Source of the DNA: Podarcis filfolensis | Taxonomy: Eukaryota | Strand: one strand, 5' to 3' | Length of the DNA: 64,000 nucleotides | Assembly (NCBI GenBank): GCA_964270895.1 | Contig: OZ185439.1 | Shown: positions 37,051-48,279 of the stretch, piece after piece | How the letters are laid out: the number at the start of each line of letters is the position of its first letter | How positions within the stretch are numbered: position 1 is the stretch's first letter | Made by a program: the position numbers and the translations under genes | Notes under the pieces: generated by a model | What the model was told of the DNA's origin: nothing | The model's input: only the letters and a program-made list of their open reading frames with translations | Databases searched by the model: none

Positions 37051-38299
37051 ACTTATTTCTCCTTTCAAAAAACAACTTTTTTTCATATACTGAAAATTAT
37101 GTGCGATTATGCTTACTATTGCTGATTCTGGCTATATAAAAATCCAAGCCAAAAAAAGAAAAAGTAGCAAAATCCAACGATGCAGAAAACCAGTCCTTTA
37201 AATTAAGAAGCACAAACAAGTAGCAGAAAAGTTTCCCAGTATCCCAACCAAGCACAGATCCATAATTAGATGTATTATAAGTAAGAAATGACAATTCCAA
37301 AATCTATTTCATAAAAATGACAAAAAAGTACTGGCAAAATCACTCCCTCCTATATTCTACCTGCTTTTTAACATTTTTAAACACGGAAACAATAGCTTTC
37401 TTAATTATCTTTCAGAACAATGGGTCCAAATATTTCAAGCAGGGAGTACTGAAATTAAGTACCTTTGGTTTTGTACCTGCTAATTCCACTCAAAGATATG
37501 GAGGTGAACATTATATTGGCCTAGTGCACCTGGCTTATGCATATAATAATGCAGCCTTAATCCCTCTCTCAATCCATTAGTCACAGAATCATAAAGCTGG
37601 TGAGTGCCTGGAAATCTAAAATGGCAACTTTGCCAACAGATGACTATCCAGCCTTTACTTGAAGACCTCCAGTGAGGTCAAACCCACTTTAGTTCTGTTG
37701 TCAAACTGCTCTTACCATCAAAACATTTGTCCTAATGTTCAGCTGAAATCTACTCACCTGTAACTTAAGCCCATTAGGTCTACCCCTGTTCTCTAAGGAA
37801 GTAGAACAAGTCTCCTATTTCTATGTGGAAGCTTTTCAGGTATTGAAAGAGCCCTATCAACGTTTCCTCTCAGTCTTTCCTTCTTCAAACTACACATACA
37901 CAGTTCATCTATTCCTCATTTTCCTTACTGCTGATCATTTTGTTGCCCTCCTCAACCTTTTTCAGTTTGTCCATGCTCTTCTTAAAGTGCAGCCCCCCAA
38001 AATGGACACAGCGCTCAGGAGAAAGTGTGACTATGACATGCAGTAGAACCATTACTTTCTGTGGCTTGGAAATTACGGTTCTGTTAATACTGTACTGCCA
38101 AAAATCACGTTAGCCTCTTGTGCAGCCACAGCACACAAATAGCTCGTTTCAACATGTGATTGACTACAATTCCAAGATTATTTCCACATGTGCCACTGCC
38201 AAGTCAGGTATCCCATATCCTGTACCTGGATATTTTATTTATTTAACTAGCCTAAATCTAGAATCTTGCATTTGTTGCTATTGAATTTAATTTTCTGGT

Positions 38300-38535
38300 T
38301 TTTAAAAATTTATTAAATTTATATACTGCCATTCATCTGAAGATCTCAGGGCGGTTCACAGCATAAAAATACAAAACAAAAGTACAACACACATCATAAA
38401 AACAAGATCCAAACCAATAACATCCCTTCTACAAACACATTTAAAGGACCTAGAATGTTAACCAGACAAAGCCCGGTTGAAGAGGAATGTTTTCACCTGG
38501 TGCCTAAAGATGTTTAATGAAGACGCCAGGTGAGA
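38300..38535 (-). mobile_element. L2-type LINE 3' fragment nested in CR1
   Basis: tttattaaatttata..ctgcc.ttcat..gaagatctcagggcggttcaca, resembling squamate L2 tails as I recall them. Confidence 0.5.
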
Positions 38536-39180
38536 TATTTGATAAAAGTTGTTTTGAATTTTATTTATGATGTGTTAGGTATCCTCACCAGTATTGTGTC
38601 ATCCACATATCTGATAAGCATGCCTTCTACCTCTTCATCCAAGTCATTGATTCCAACATTAAGGAGTACTGGGTCAAAGGAAAAGCTCTGCAGCACCCCA
38701 CTTGAAACTTATTTCCATTAGCCCTCTCTGAACAATTTCCCAACCTTCGGGAAATCACCTGACATTAAGCTGTTTGCTAATGAAAATATCATCATCAACT
38801 TTGTCAAACATTCTGCTGAAATAAAGATAATTTATATGCAAAAGCATTCCCACAATCCACTAAATTAATAATATGTTCAAAAAAGTACTGAGTTTAGCAA
38901 CAATACACATTTTTAAAAATCAATGCTGTCTTCTATTATTAACTGCATTATCAAAGTGCTCACAAATGGACTTCTTAATATATTAAATTTCTTACATTTA
39001 TATCCTGCATTCTCTATCCTACAACCCAAGGTGGCATTTCTGTAGTTCCCAAGCAGTATCTCAACCAGGCACTGATCTGACTTTAACCTTATAAAATCAA
39101 CTCTATAGAGTTTCCAAATTTTCCTTTCCCCCATTTTTGAGGATTGAGACAACATGCCACTTTGGCATATAAGTGATATA

Positions 39181-39205
39181 ACAACAACAACAACAACAAC
39201 AACAA
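39181..39205. repeat. (CAA)n microsatellite
   Basis: Seen directly. Confidence 0.9.
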
Positions 39206-39478
39206 CTTTTTCTCCAGTTCTGTGGCACCTCACCTGTTCTCCACAATTTCTCAGGTGATACAAATAACTTCTGAGACAATACCTGCCAGTTCCTTTAGTA
39301 TTCTATAAAGAAATTCACCTGACCCTGAATACCTGAACTTGTTTCAAGCACTTCCTAACCAACTCCTTATCAATCTTGAACTTACACTGCTTATGCAAGG
39401 TTGCTTTTGGGAGAAAATGGAAGGACAGCTGAGTATCAGTTCATTTCATAGAATGGTCATAATCAAGGACCATTGGTC

Positions 39479-39805
39479 ATAATCAATCATTATAACTTTT
39501 CCACCTGAGCTATTTTGTTAAGTAACTAAAAGGAGGAAAAGCTATAATCAGCAAACTGGATTCTTCAACAAACTTATATTTTCAAAGTCTTTCATAAGAC
39601 CTGTTTTAAATAATACACTGTTAAGAATCTAATTCTAACAATCGTGTCTTTTTGTGTAACTATAAATTATTATAGCTTTCCCTCCTTTTAGTTATTTAAC
39701 AAAATAGCCATATAATCAAACAGGTGAGTATGAGAAAGTGAAACACATGCTTCCTTTAATTCATTCTGGTAATAATCAATCATTATAACTTTTCCACCTG
39801 AGCTA
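39479..39805. repeat. Composite direct + inverted repeat structure
   Basis: 34-bp direct repeat at 39479 and 39772; 40-bp inverted repeat at about 39509-39548 and 39669-39708 with 2 mismatches. Confidence 0.85.
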
Positions 39806-40197
39806 CAGGGAGCCCAAAGAACTGGGAAATAAAATCAAGTTATGAAACACATTCAAATGCAATTCTATACAAACTTACCTGTGAGTAAGCCTGAATGAAC
39901 ATAGTGGGACTTACTTCTGAGTTAACATGCATAGAATTATGTGGTCAGTGCTCCATTTGTCCCGATTCGTTTTACACAGGGTGGGAAATAAGAAGTTCTG
40001 ATTCCTCCTGCCCTAAATGTTAGGGACCACAGAAAACCATGCAGAAAGCAATAGATGGGATACATAAAACACAAAACTTAATTGGGATCTCCAATCCACT
40101 CTTCTTCCTACCTACATCTATTCAAGGCACAGATAACATGGGGAACATTCACAGGATGGTCACTCACACTAGCAATTAATGTCTAATTATAGTTACA

Positions 40198-41105
40198 GAG
40201 GTGCAGCTGTGTTAATTCCTTGCAAGAAAACAATCAGAATCTTATGGCACCTTAAAAGAATAACAAATGTAACATGACATAAGGTTTTTGGGACTCATGC
40301 CCACTTTTTCAGATGCATAAAGTGAAAGTTGGTAGGTATAAAAAGAATAAAATTGCAAGGTGGGAGTTGAATGGCAATGAGATGCAAAAATTACAATAAA
40401 AATATGAACTTAAATATATATATATGTTAAATATGTACACTTTTTGCAGTAGCAGATTGGTGCTAATTGCTAAGATTAACTCCTGTAGTATGGCTGAAAA
40501 CCATTGGCAAGAAAGTCATATCCTGATAATGGTAAGTTAATTCACACACACAGTGTGATAAAAATCCTTTCTTTCAAGTTCACCCATAAGTGATGGCACT
40601 GAACTTATTGATGAATTAGCAGTTTCATGTTGTATTGTTTCTTGTTGCAGAATGGTCACCCTTGAGGTCAGTTACAGAGTGACTTGAGAGGTGGAAATAT
40701 TCTCTCACTGATTTATGGATATTACCATTTAAATTATCAGACTGACCTGTCTGTCCTATGAAGGGTACTGTTGGCAGATGATAGTATAAATCTCACTAGG
40801 TGAATAAACCCCTGGTATTGTGGATGCCATTATTAGATCCTGTTCTAGTGTAACCAGAATGACACAGGGGCAGAGCATCTAGATTTGCCTCCGGGCATGG
40901 TCCTTAAACATATATTTTAACTCTAGTTTTCACTGACTGCAATTTTTGCATCTCATTGCTATTCAGCTCCCACCTTGAAATTTTCTCCTTTATACCTGCC
41001 AACTAAATTTCATGCATCTGGCAAAGTGGGTTTGAGTTCATGAAACCTTACGTCATAATAAACTTGTTAGTCTTTAATTTGCCACAAGGCTCTTTGATTG
41101 TTTTA
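40198..41105 (-). mobile_element. Penelope-like element relic with inverted terminal copies
   Basis: 40205-40318 and 41012-41105 are diverged inverted copies (atgcatctg..aagtggg..aaaccttatg..ttgtta.tcttt). Internal minus-strand SVREYFHLSSHSVTDLKVTIL resembles a PLE GIY-YIG C-terminus. Confidence 0.6.
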
Positions 41106-41589
41106 TCATTGTTACAATATTTCTGTACCCAAACCACACCATCTTTTGTTTTGCCAGTTCTCTGCAGTCCCTCCTTGAGGGAAGTTCACTCTGCCCTTGC
41201 TGGAGAGATGCTCCCTTCATTATTTCCTTCACATGCCCAGTAGCAGCTAAGTGTCTGGGCTTTGCATATATATACAGTACACTACTGAACCAAACAATTA
41301 AAACAAAAATGGCAAGCGTCACACATTCCAGGGTGGGGTTAGTCTGTTGTAGCAGAAGCAACAGCGAGTCTTGGGCACCCTAAAAAGGACGCATTGTGGA
41401 ACAGGAATCTTTCAGGGGCTGTATGTTGAAAAGGCCTAACAAAGCGGTTTGCAGCAATAAAAAAAAGACAGCCTCAAATTCCGTGGAAAGCCCAATTCGT
41501 AAACACCTCCCTGACATCATTTCATTTTTTTTATCCCGAAGGGAAGGGCGAAAAGCCTGAGCAGCTAAGCTGGCCGATTTCTGGGCACT

Positions 41590-42260
41590 CCCAAGGGCTG
41601 CTCCGAGCGTGCAAGTGATAATATCACCGGCCAGGAGGGGGCTGCCGGCGGCGGGAAGGCTCACGACTGGAAAGGGGGCTGAACTGCCCGCTCTGAGAGC
41701 CAGAGGCCGCGGAGTCGCTCTCCGCCCATCCTCACCGCCGGCGCTGGCGAGGGGACCCCGAGGGCTTCTCCGACTGCTCAGTTCCTACCTGCCCGTCATG
41801 GCGGCTCCCGGCCCCGCGCTGAGGCGGCGGCAGCGGCTGTCCTGACAAGTGAGGAGAGGACGAGACCCGCCCGCGCTCTAGAGCCACTCGGTCCCCGGCT
41901 CAGGCAGCAGCGCCCGGCCCGCTTGGCTCTCGCCTGTCCTCCGCCCTGGGTCAGCCGCGGTGGCGGGCCGCCCCCCAACGCCTCCAGAAGACGGGCGGCC
42001 TCCTCTTCCCGCCCCTCGGCTCGGCCCAGCACATACTTTTCCTAGAAAGGGAATGAAATAATAAATAATGAAATAGCCGTGGCCGGCCGGTGGGCGGGCC
42101 AGGCGGTGGGAGCGCTTGGGCGGCAGGGCACGAGCCAAGCTTGCGGGAAAGAGAGGGACGTGTAGGGAGCTAAAGGCGCGGCTGTTGGTGCTCCGTAGGC
42201 TGAGTAGGGAATGGAAACCCATCGTGTAAGCACCGCAGTGGGAGCAGCCCCAGAGGAACA
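41590..42260 (-). promoter_or_regulatory. LIMS2: CpG island / LIMS2 main promoter and exon 1
   Basis: Very GC- and CpG-rich against an AT-rich background; contains the Kozak ATG and GC boxes. Bounds approximate. Confidence 0.8.
41789..41799 (-). CDS. LIMS2: LIMS2 coding exon 1 (MTG-S)
   Basis: Minus strand reads GCCGCC ATG ACG GGC AG|gtagga: strong Kozak context inside a CpG island, phase 2 matching exon 2. Confidence 0.88.
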
Positions 42261-42812
42261 GCGGAGACTATGAAGACCCCCCTAAAGCTGTTCGGTTTAT
42301 CCTTATTATGGTCATTCAGTGGCAGTCACAGAAGTCCATTACATGCCTCTCCCACCTAATGTTGTGCTAGAATCTCTGCGCTATCTTTTCAACAATAAAC
42401 CTCTCAGATCTGCAGCCGTTATTCAGGACAAGCTTATTGCCCTTATTGAAACTAATCTTCGCGCATTCTTCTTATTTAACATCCTCAAGTTAGGGAGTGG
42501 CAGATATCGAGAGTGCAAGGGGACATGGTTGCAATTCAGAGAGGGCTGAAATGCAACTGGTAAATACGTTTGAAGGTAAGACACCATTTATATGCCAAAA
42601 GCTGGAAGCCTCTGAGCCAAGATGAGCAAGCAGGAGTGAGCAGGACAGCACTGATAAGACAGCACTGTGGGCATAACAGAAGCCTGATGTAATGGAGAGA
42701 ATCAGTGGGTCACTTATCTCCAAACCCAACCTCTATAGGAATGAGAAGGGCGCAGAACTATAGAGGGGGCCTCAAGTTGATGGGCATTACCATTCAAATA
42801 GTGTGCATTCAC

Positions 42813-42957
42813 CAGTGGCGTAGCGTGGGGGGTGAAGGGGGCCGGCCGCACCGGGCGCGACATCTGGGGGTTAGGGTTAGGGGGCGCAAATCCACGGGTT
42901 AGGGGGTGCAAATTACTTGCCTTGCCCCGGGTGCTGACAACCCACGCTACGCCACTG
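42813..42957. mobile_element. hAT MITE, family B copy 2 (opposite orientation)
   Basis: Same TIR, 8-bp TSD GCATTCAC, internal GGGTTAGGGTTAGGG. Confidence 0.9.
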
Positions 42958-43239
42958 GCATTCACCGGGTCATATGTGGGGCAGGGCTTACCTGGACCCC
43001 CAATATTTTATTCAAGTTGCCACCCCTGCCCCATGACCAAATTGCTCATAGTAATCTTGACATGGCAAATGAAATCAGGGAGGCATCCCAAAGAGGAGCT
43101 GCTGTAGTAATAAATGACTTCAATTAAACTAGCAAACCGTTACAGTACTTTTACAATAAGATAGAGCAAGCATTTCTTTCTTTGTTACCGCTACGTAATT
43201 GTTTCTGACTGAATCACAGCCTTATCACAGCGATAGTAA

Positions 43240-44420
43240 AATTCTAGAACCCGCCCCCGCCAGCTCTCAATTTCGCCTTGTGGAAGGGGGGGGGGAAGGT
43301 CCAAAGAGACTGGCGTTTCTTCTCCAGATGATGGTCACTCTCTAAGTTTCATATCTCTATAGTTCAGCGTCTCTAGAGGAAAAAGTAGATCCAAGTCCTT
43401 GATGACGCAAACCCTATTCCCTTGGCGACTAGAAAAACCACGGAAGTGCATTACTCCGGCCGACAGTTGACCAATCGGCAACTGCCTTCCCACAAGGCCC
43501 ATCGCCTTCTCCCCAAGATGGCGGATCTGAACCGGCAATTGCAGGAGTACTTAGCTCAGTCCAAGGCGGGCGGCAGCTCGGCGGCCCTGTCGGCGCCTCA
43601 GAACCCGCCGCGAGATGAGGCGGAGAAGCCCGGCTCGGGGTTGGGGACTTGGCTGGGCCGGATCAACCCTTTCCCCGCGACGGAGACGTGGCCGTGGGCA
43701 GCCGAGCCGGAGCCGGATCCGTGGCTGCCGACGGGTCTGTCCCGTTGGCAGCGGCTGGTGGGGAGCGCGCTGTGCCTGCTGCTGGCCGCGCTCTGCTTCG
43801 GCCTCGCCGCTCTCTACGGGTCGCTCCTGTTGCTCCGCAAGTTCGCGCTGCTCTGGTCGCTGGGCTCCACCTTCGCCTTGGGCGCCGCGGGCTTCTTACG
43901 GGGCCCGAGCCGCCTTCTGGGCGAGCCCGACCGCCGCGGCCTGGCCCTCCTTTACTTAGCCTCGGTGGGCGGCACTCTGTACGCGGCGCTTGGGCTCCGC
44001 AGCACCCTGCTCACCACGCTGGGGGCCGTTGTCCAGCTGGGAGCCGGCGGAGTCTACTTGCTGTCTTCGGTACCTGGCGGGACTACCGGGCTGCGCTATG
44101 TCGGCGGATTCTTGGGCGGCGCCGTGCGACGCAGCGTGTCTAAAACTCTGCCCGTGTGAGGACGGTCGTCGAGGCGAAGCCCTTCATGGACGTGGGAAAA
44201 CAAGATCGATGTCTGTGGTAAAGAGCCCCTTGCCCGTCTCCAAACCAACGCGCAGCACGGGACGTCGTCTCCAGGCCAGACCCGACTGCCCATGGGGCAT
44301 TTTGTAGGATAACGTTTCTTTACTGTTTATCTTTTCGAATCGAGGGCAGAGGAGCACTTGAGTAACCGACCGGGACACTGCATCCTTCGCACAAGGCAGT
44401 TGAAAAGGATAGTTGAAGTT
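43240..44420 (+). promoter_or_regulatory. SFT2D3: CpG island / SFT2D3 promoter and gene body
   Basis: GC box at 43250-43258, ETS-type CGGAAGTG at 43441-43448, CCAAT at 43471-43475 and YY1-type AAGATGGCGG at 43515-43524 overlapping the ATG; a typical TATA-less housekeeping layout. Bounds approximate. Confidence 0.75.
43518..44159 (+). CDS. SFT2D3: SFT2D3, vesicle transport protein (SFT2/Got1 family), 213 aa, intronless
   Basis: MADLNRQLQEYLAQSKAG...RKFALLWSLGS...LGLRSTLLT...KTLPV* matches recalled human SFT2D3 at both termini. True ATG is in AAGATGG; the track ORF starts at an upstream TTG. Confidence 0.93.
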   Translation: MADLNRQLQEYLAQSKAGGSSAALSAPQNPPRDEAEKPGSGLGTWLGRINPFPATETWPWAAEPEPDPWLPTGLSRWQRLVGSALCLLLAALCFGLAALYGSLLLLRKFALLWSLGSTFALGAAGFLRGPSRLLGEPDRRGLALLYLASVGGTLYAALGLRSTLLTTLGAVVQLGAGGVYLLSSVPGGTTGLRYVGGFLGGAVRRSVSKTLPV

Positions 44421-46022
44421 AATTGCAACAAAGGTGTATGAACTTGGCTGAACAAGCTACTCAAGCAATTGAACCAATTAAGGGCTTTAACAGTGGTACT
44501 GGGTAAAGGTCTTTTTGTGTCTCCCCTTGCTCTCTGAAACTACTCAGATGCCCTCTCAGCGGCAGGTGATGAGGTTTTTTTTTTTTTTAACAGGCAGATC
44601 CAGCCAAGTGTACAAGTATGTGTTGGCAGATTCCCTGAGGGTGCACATTGATGCCAGACCTATCTCTTTGTCTTAGAACCCAACTGCATAATATATCAAA
44701 CATGCTTTTATGAAAGTGTTTTCAATGATATCACTTCTGTTTTGAAGAAGCAACCGGTCTGTTGCGCTGCTTAAAGAGAGAGTACAAGCAGATAGTTCAT
44801 TTCTTCTGGAATGGTCTGTCCCAAGTAGTGGCAAGCCTCACTTGCCTGTCTCTTGCTGCTTAGAGTGGCTGAAAGACTATATGATAATAGCAAGAATGAC
44901 ATTCCCACTTGCTATTAACTATGCTGGGTTCACTCCCCATCTCTGCACCATCCAGAGGAAGAGCACAAGTGAGTGAGGATGAGATGGCTACTCTGGTGTG
45001 TATGTGTTAGAGGTTTACTGACTGGATGGTTCCTTACCCTTTCCAGCCTCTGATGCATGGTAGGGGGCTCTTTTTGCCTGATCAGCTCTTTTTCCTTCAG
45101 AAGAAGCTGCTCAAAAAGTGTGATTTCGGTAATGAGTAGTTGAACCTTAAACTCTTTTAAAATCATCAGTTTGTCTCTTCATCTTTTCAGGGCCAGAGCA
45201 GGAAATAAATTTGGAAGCTGTTGTGATTTGCTTCCATTCAGTTCCCTAGCATCATAACATTCCCAATTGCCATGTAACCTCTTGCCTTACTAAAAGTCAG
45301 CAGTATCAGTATATATAGTACTTTGTTTATCCATAACACAAGTTCTTTCTTGGGCTGACTTCCAGCATACTTCCTATTCAAGCAATGACTTCTATGTCTG
45401 ATCATATTCAAAACGGCATGACCACGAGACTGCTGAAGTTCACACCAGTGATTTTAAAGACAAGTATAATATAGACATGGGACCTAATTCTGCCATAATG
45501 GGTTATGCTTTCGTTGTGACTTTGGGAAATCACAATATATGTGAAAAAGCTGTGCCTGAATATATTATCCTCAACTTCTTTGGATCATGGGGCTATCTGT
45601 CATATATGATTCTGTCATAACTTATTCCATGTTTGCATTGAAGATTTTGTAAGCCCATGGGTTGAATCTGAACTGCACAGGCTCCTAGTTCTTGCTACAG
45701 CTTAGAAGTATTGATAAGTGGTGTGATGGATGGGTATCACATAGACATATTTAATATATCAATATGCACTACCAAAATCACCTGAGTAAAGTTCATTTTG
45801 CTCCACAAATGTAATCTGTAAACCACTTAAACCAACGGCAGCTGCAAGCACTACACTTTGGCAGTGTAAGTTGCTATAATGTAATTTAAAAACTAACTAT
45901 TGAAGCTGCCTCTTAATTGTGGCTCTTAGTGTTATTTGAAGTCAGTAAAGTAAGCCTTGCAAAATGGCTTAGAGTTTGCAGCCAAATGTTAAAGTATTAG
46001 TTTTTCAAAGTCTGTAGCTTTC

Positions 46023-46048
46023 AATAAAACATTTTTGACAACAATAAA
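46023..46048 (+). terminator. SFT2D3: Candidate SFT2D3 polyadenylation signals (AATAAA at 46023 and 46043)
   Basis: Two canonical hexamers about 1.9 kb after the stop; further copies at 47547 and 47642. Confidence 0.35.
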
Positions 46049-47905
46049 AAATGATATGCAAATAACTTCCAGTTCAAAAGTACGTTACTGAGAAAGGCTT
46101 CTTGCTGTAGTGGGAATGTTAGAGCACTATCGTCAAACACAAATGCTGCATCAATGTGGGACATGAAGTGTAAAACTTGAAAGTAATTTAGTAGCTAGTA
46201 TGTCTGAATAGATACTTTGACTACTTGATGTACAGCCCAATCCTGTACTAGAAGCAAGTCCTAGTGAGACTTTTTAAAAAAATAAATGCATAGGATTATG
46301 GCTTTAGGTTGTGATCTGCTATTAAGATGGTCTATTTGTTTACATTTTCAAACTTGAGATTTGTGGGTCCTGCATTGTAGTGAAATCAGGCTATGGCAGA
46401 TGCCGCAGATCTGAATCAAAATGGTGCTAAGTGTTGTTAAATTGTGTGATAAAAATATTCTGAAATCTTTTAATTGGGACTTTAAAAAATAGTGTTAATT
46501 AGCATGACACATTGTAGAGCACATTTAACAGTGCAATCCTGTTTACTCAGAAGGAAGCCCTGCTGAGTTAAAAGGGACGTACAACGAGGTACATAGCCTA
46601 ACAGGTAGGCTAACCCTGCCCTGATATCAATAGAGCAGAGGGTGGTTTATCTCATACTCTGCTGCTTTTGCTTGCCAGGGTGGAAGGGGGTTTTCTTTCT
46701 TAAATTTTTGCTGTGCCAGCTCCAGGCTAGCATAGCTGAGAAGCCTACGGATCAAGCCTCTCAGAGGAAGCACAGGATCCAGAGCCCTGGCATCCTGACC
46801 CATTTCATGTCTTATTGCTGGCTTTCCACCCATCAAAGGTGGAGCCTGCACTATAGTAGAGCCACCACCCTGTAAACCAGCAGCACATCTCTTTGCTGTC
46901 AGGGAGTAACAAGCATAGTATTCTATCTTCCCACAAGCCACCAACATTGGGAGGGCACATTAGATTTGGGCTGTAAGTGATTGGTTTTTGTATTAGTGTA
47001 CATTTTTGTATTCATGTAGATACATAGTTGTTCAGTCCCTTGTCATTTGAAAGAAATGGTTAGATTCAGTTTTTGCAAACTTGTTTTGAAGTATTTGGGT
47101 TAGTGTTTACAGAACTAGCTGATAGCACTTTCAGAAGTGAAACTGATTTGAATGACATTAAAAAAACCTCAGATCTAAATAGGGGCTGAAAACAATATTT
47201 TACTGGTGTGTGTGTGGTTTTTTTTAGATGGTTGGTTACAAGTGTGCTTAAGATTGCTATGTGTATTTTCCATTTAACTGTGGTTGAGGTGGAAGGAGCA
47301 GGCATTCCCAGAGCTAGCTGGAACCAGTATTGTCTCTGCACTGACCACATCTAAAAGGTTTTCAGATATTTTAATATTGCTAGATCATCTCTTGAGAAAT
47401 GTACCAGCATAACGTAGAGACTGCAAAGCTTCTCTGTAGACATATGTCTACAAAGACTTAACAAAACTTAAAAGCACAAAATAAACTTCACCAGAATGCT
47501 GTTTTCTAGTTCTTTTCTTCTGCAGTTGGGTAGGCTTCACTGTTGGAATAAACTGTCTACCAAAGAGAAATGGAGAAACATGTACAGTATGTGCTTTACG
47601 TTCACTTGCTTTGCAGATATGTGCAGTGTGTCATTTTTGTTAATAAAATTGAATAATTAAAGCCTAGGCCAAGGAGTCTTGATTCCTTGTGACAGAAGTC
47701 TTAAGGCTCAGTGATCCCCCCCCCATGTTTGGTATGCAGTATAACCCTTAGTGGTTTTAAACTTGTCCAGACCCAAGACCCACTTCCAAGTCCAAACCTG
47801 CAACATGGCACCCACTTTCACTTTTGATTTATACTTAATAATGCCAATAATGTACATTAATAATCCTAAAATAATTTAGAGCAATATATATAGTTTACTT
47901 ATTTA

Positions 47906-47906
<1 letters not shown>

Positions 47907-47951
<45 letters not shown>
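47907..47951. repeat. (TAA)n microsatellite
   Basis: Seen directly. Confidence 0.95.
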
Positions 47952-47956
<5 letters not shown>

Positions 47957-48140
47957 TAAACACTAATGACTTTTAGCAAAGACAGAAAAGCTTTTGAAAA
48001 GCAATGTTGTTGTTTTTAAAGACACTTTCAGTGGAAGACCTGAGCATGTTTGTTCTTCCAGATTTCATTGCAGTATGGGGTGATATTAGAAAAGCAACTC
48101 CTTTCCTTCAGCTAAACTGTTTCTTGTTTTGTTTTTAAGG

Positions 48141-48272
48141 GTCATGCTGGCCACATGACCCGGAAGCTGTCTGCGGACAAACGCCGGCTCCCTCGGCCCA
48201 TAGAGCGAGATGAGCGTCGCAACCCCAGAGTCGGTCACAACTGGACCTAATGGTTAGGGGTACCTTTACATT
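48141..48272 (+). mobile_element. Sauria SINE, 5'-truncated 3' portion
   Basis: gtcatgctggccacatgacccggaagctg...gagatgagcg.cgcaaccccagagtcgg...ctggacctaatgg...acctttac, the Sauria SINE 3' region with its ACCTTT tail. Confidence 0.85.
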
Positions 48273-48273
48273 T

Positions 48274-48279
48274 TTTATT
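48274..48279 (-). terminator. WDR33: Candidate WDR33 polyadenylation signal AATAAA
   Basis: The only canonical minus-strand AATAAA I found by eye between the WDR33 stop and the SFT2D3 stop. Confidence 0.45.

Larger units (their letters stand above)
37585..39330 (-). mobile_element. Degraded CR1 LINE (RT region to 3' end), interrupted by an L2 tail
   Basis: Minus-strand translation gives SGVLQSFSLDPVLLNVGINDLDEEVEGMLIRYVDD and YLYFSRMFDKV (RT motifs). Bounds approximate. Confidence 0.75.
14084..41799 (-). other. LIMS2: LIMS2 (PINCH-2) gene, complete CDS: 10 coding exons, 1026 nt, 341 aa, five LIM domains
   Basis: Exon lengths 11+160+67+121+150+151+93+49+76+148 = 1026, all GT-AG and in phase. 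The product [15 protein letters not shown]...KALDLNSA* matches recalled human LIMS2 rather than LIMS1 (NMANALASATC). Confidence 0.96.

Noticed and set aside
43422-43517. 32-aa N-terminal extension of SFT2D3 in the ORF track
   Set aside because: It starts at TTG and runs through promoter motifs; similarity to the orthologue begins at the ATG at 43518.
43615-44378. Overlapping alternative-frame ORFs across SFT2D3
   Set aside because: Expected by-product of high GC content and few stop codons; no recognisable product.
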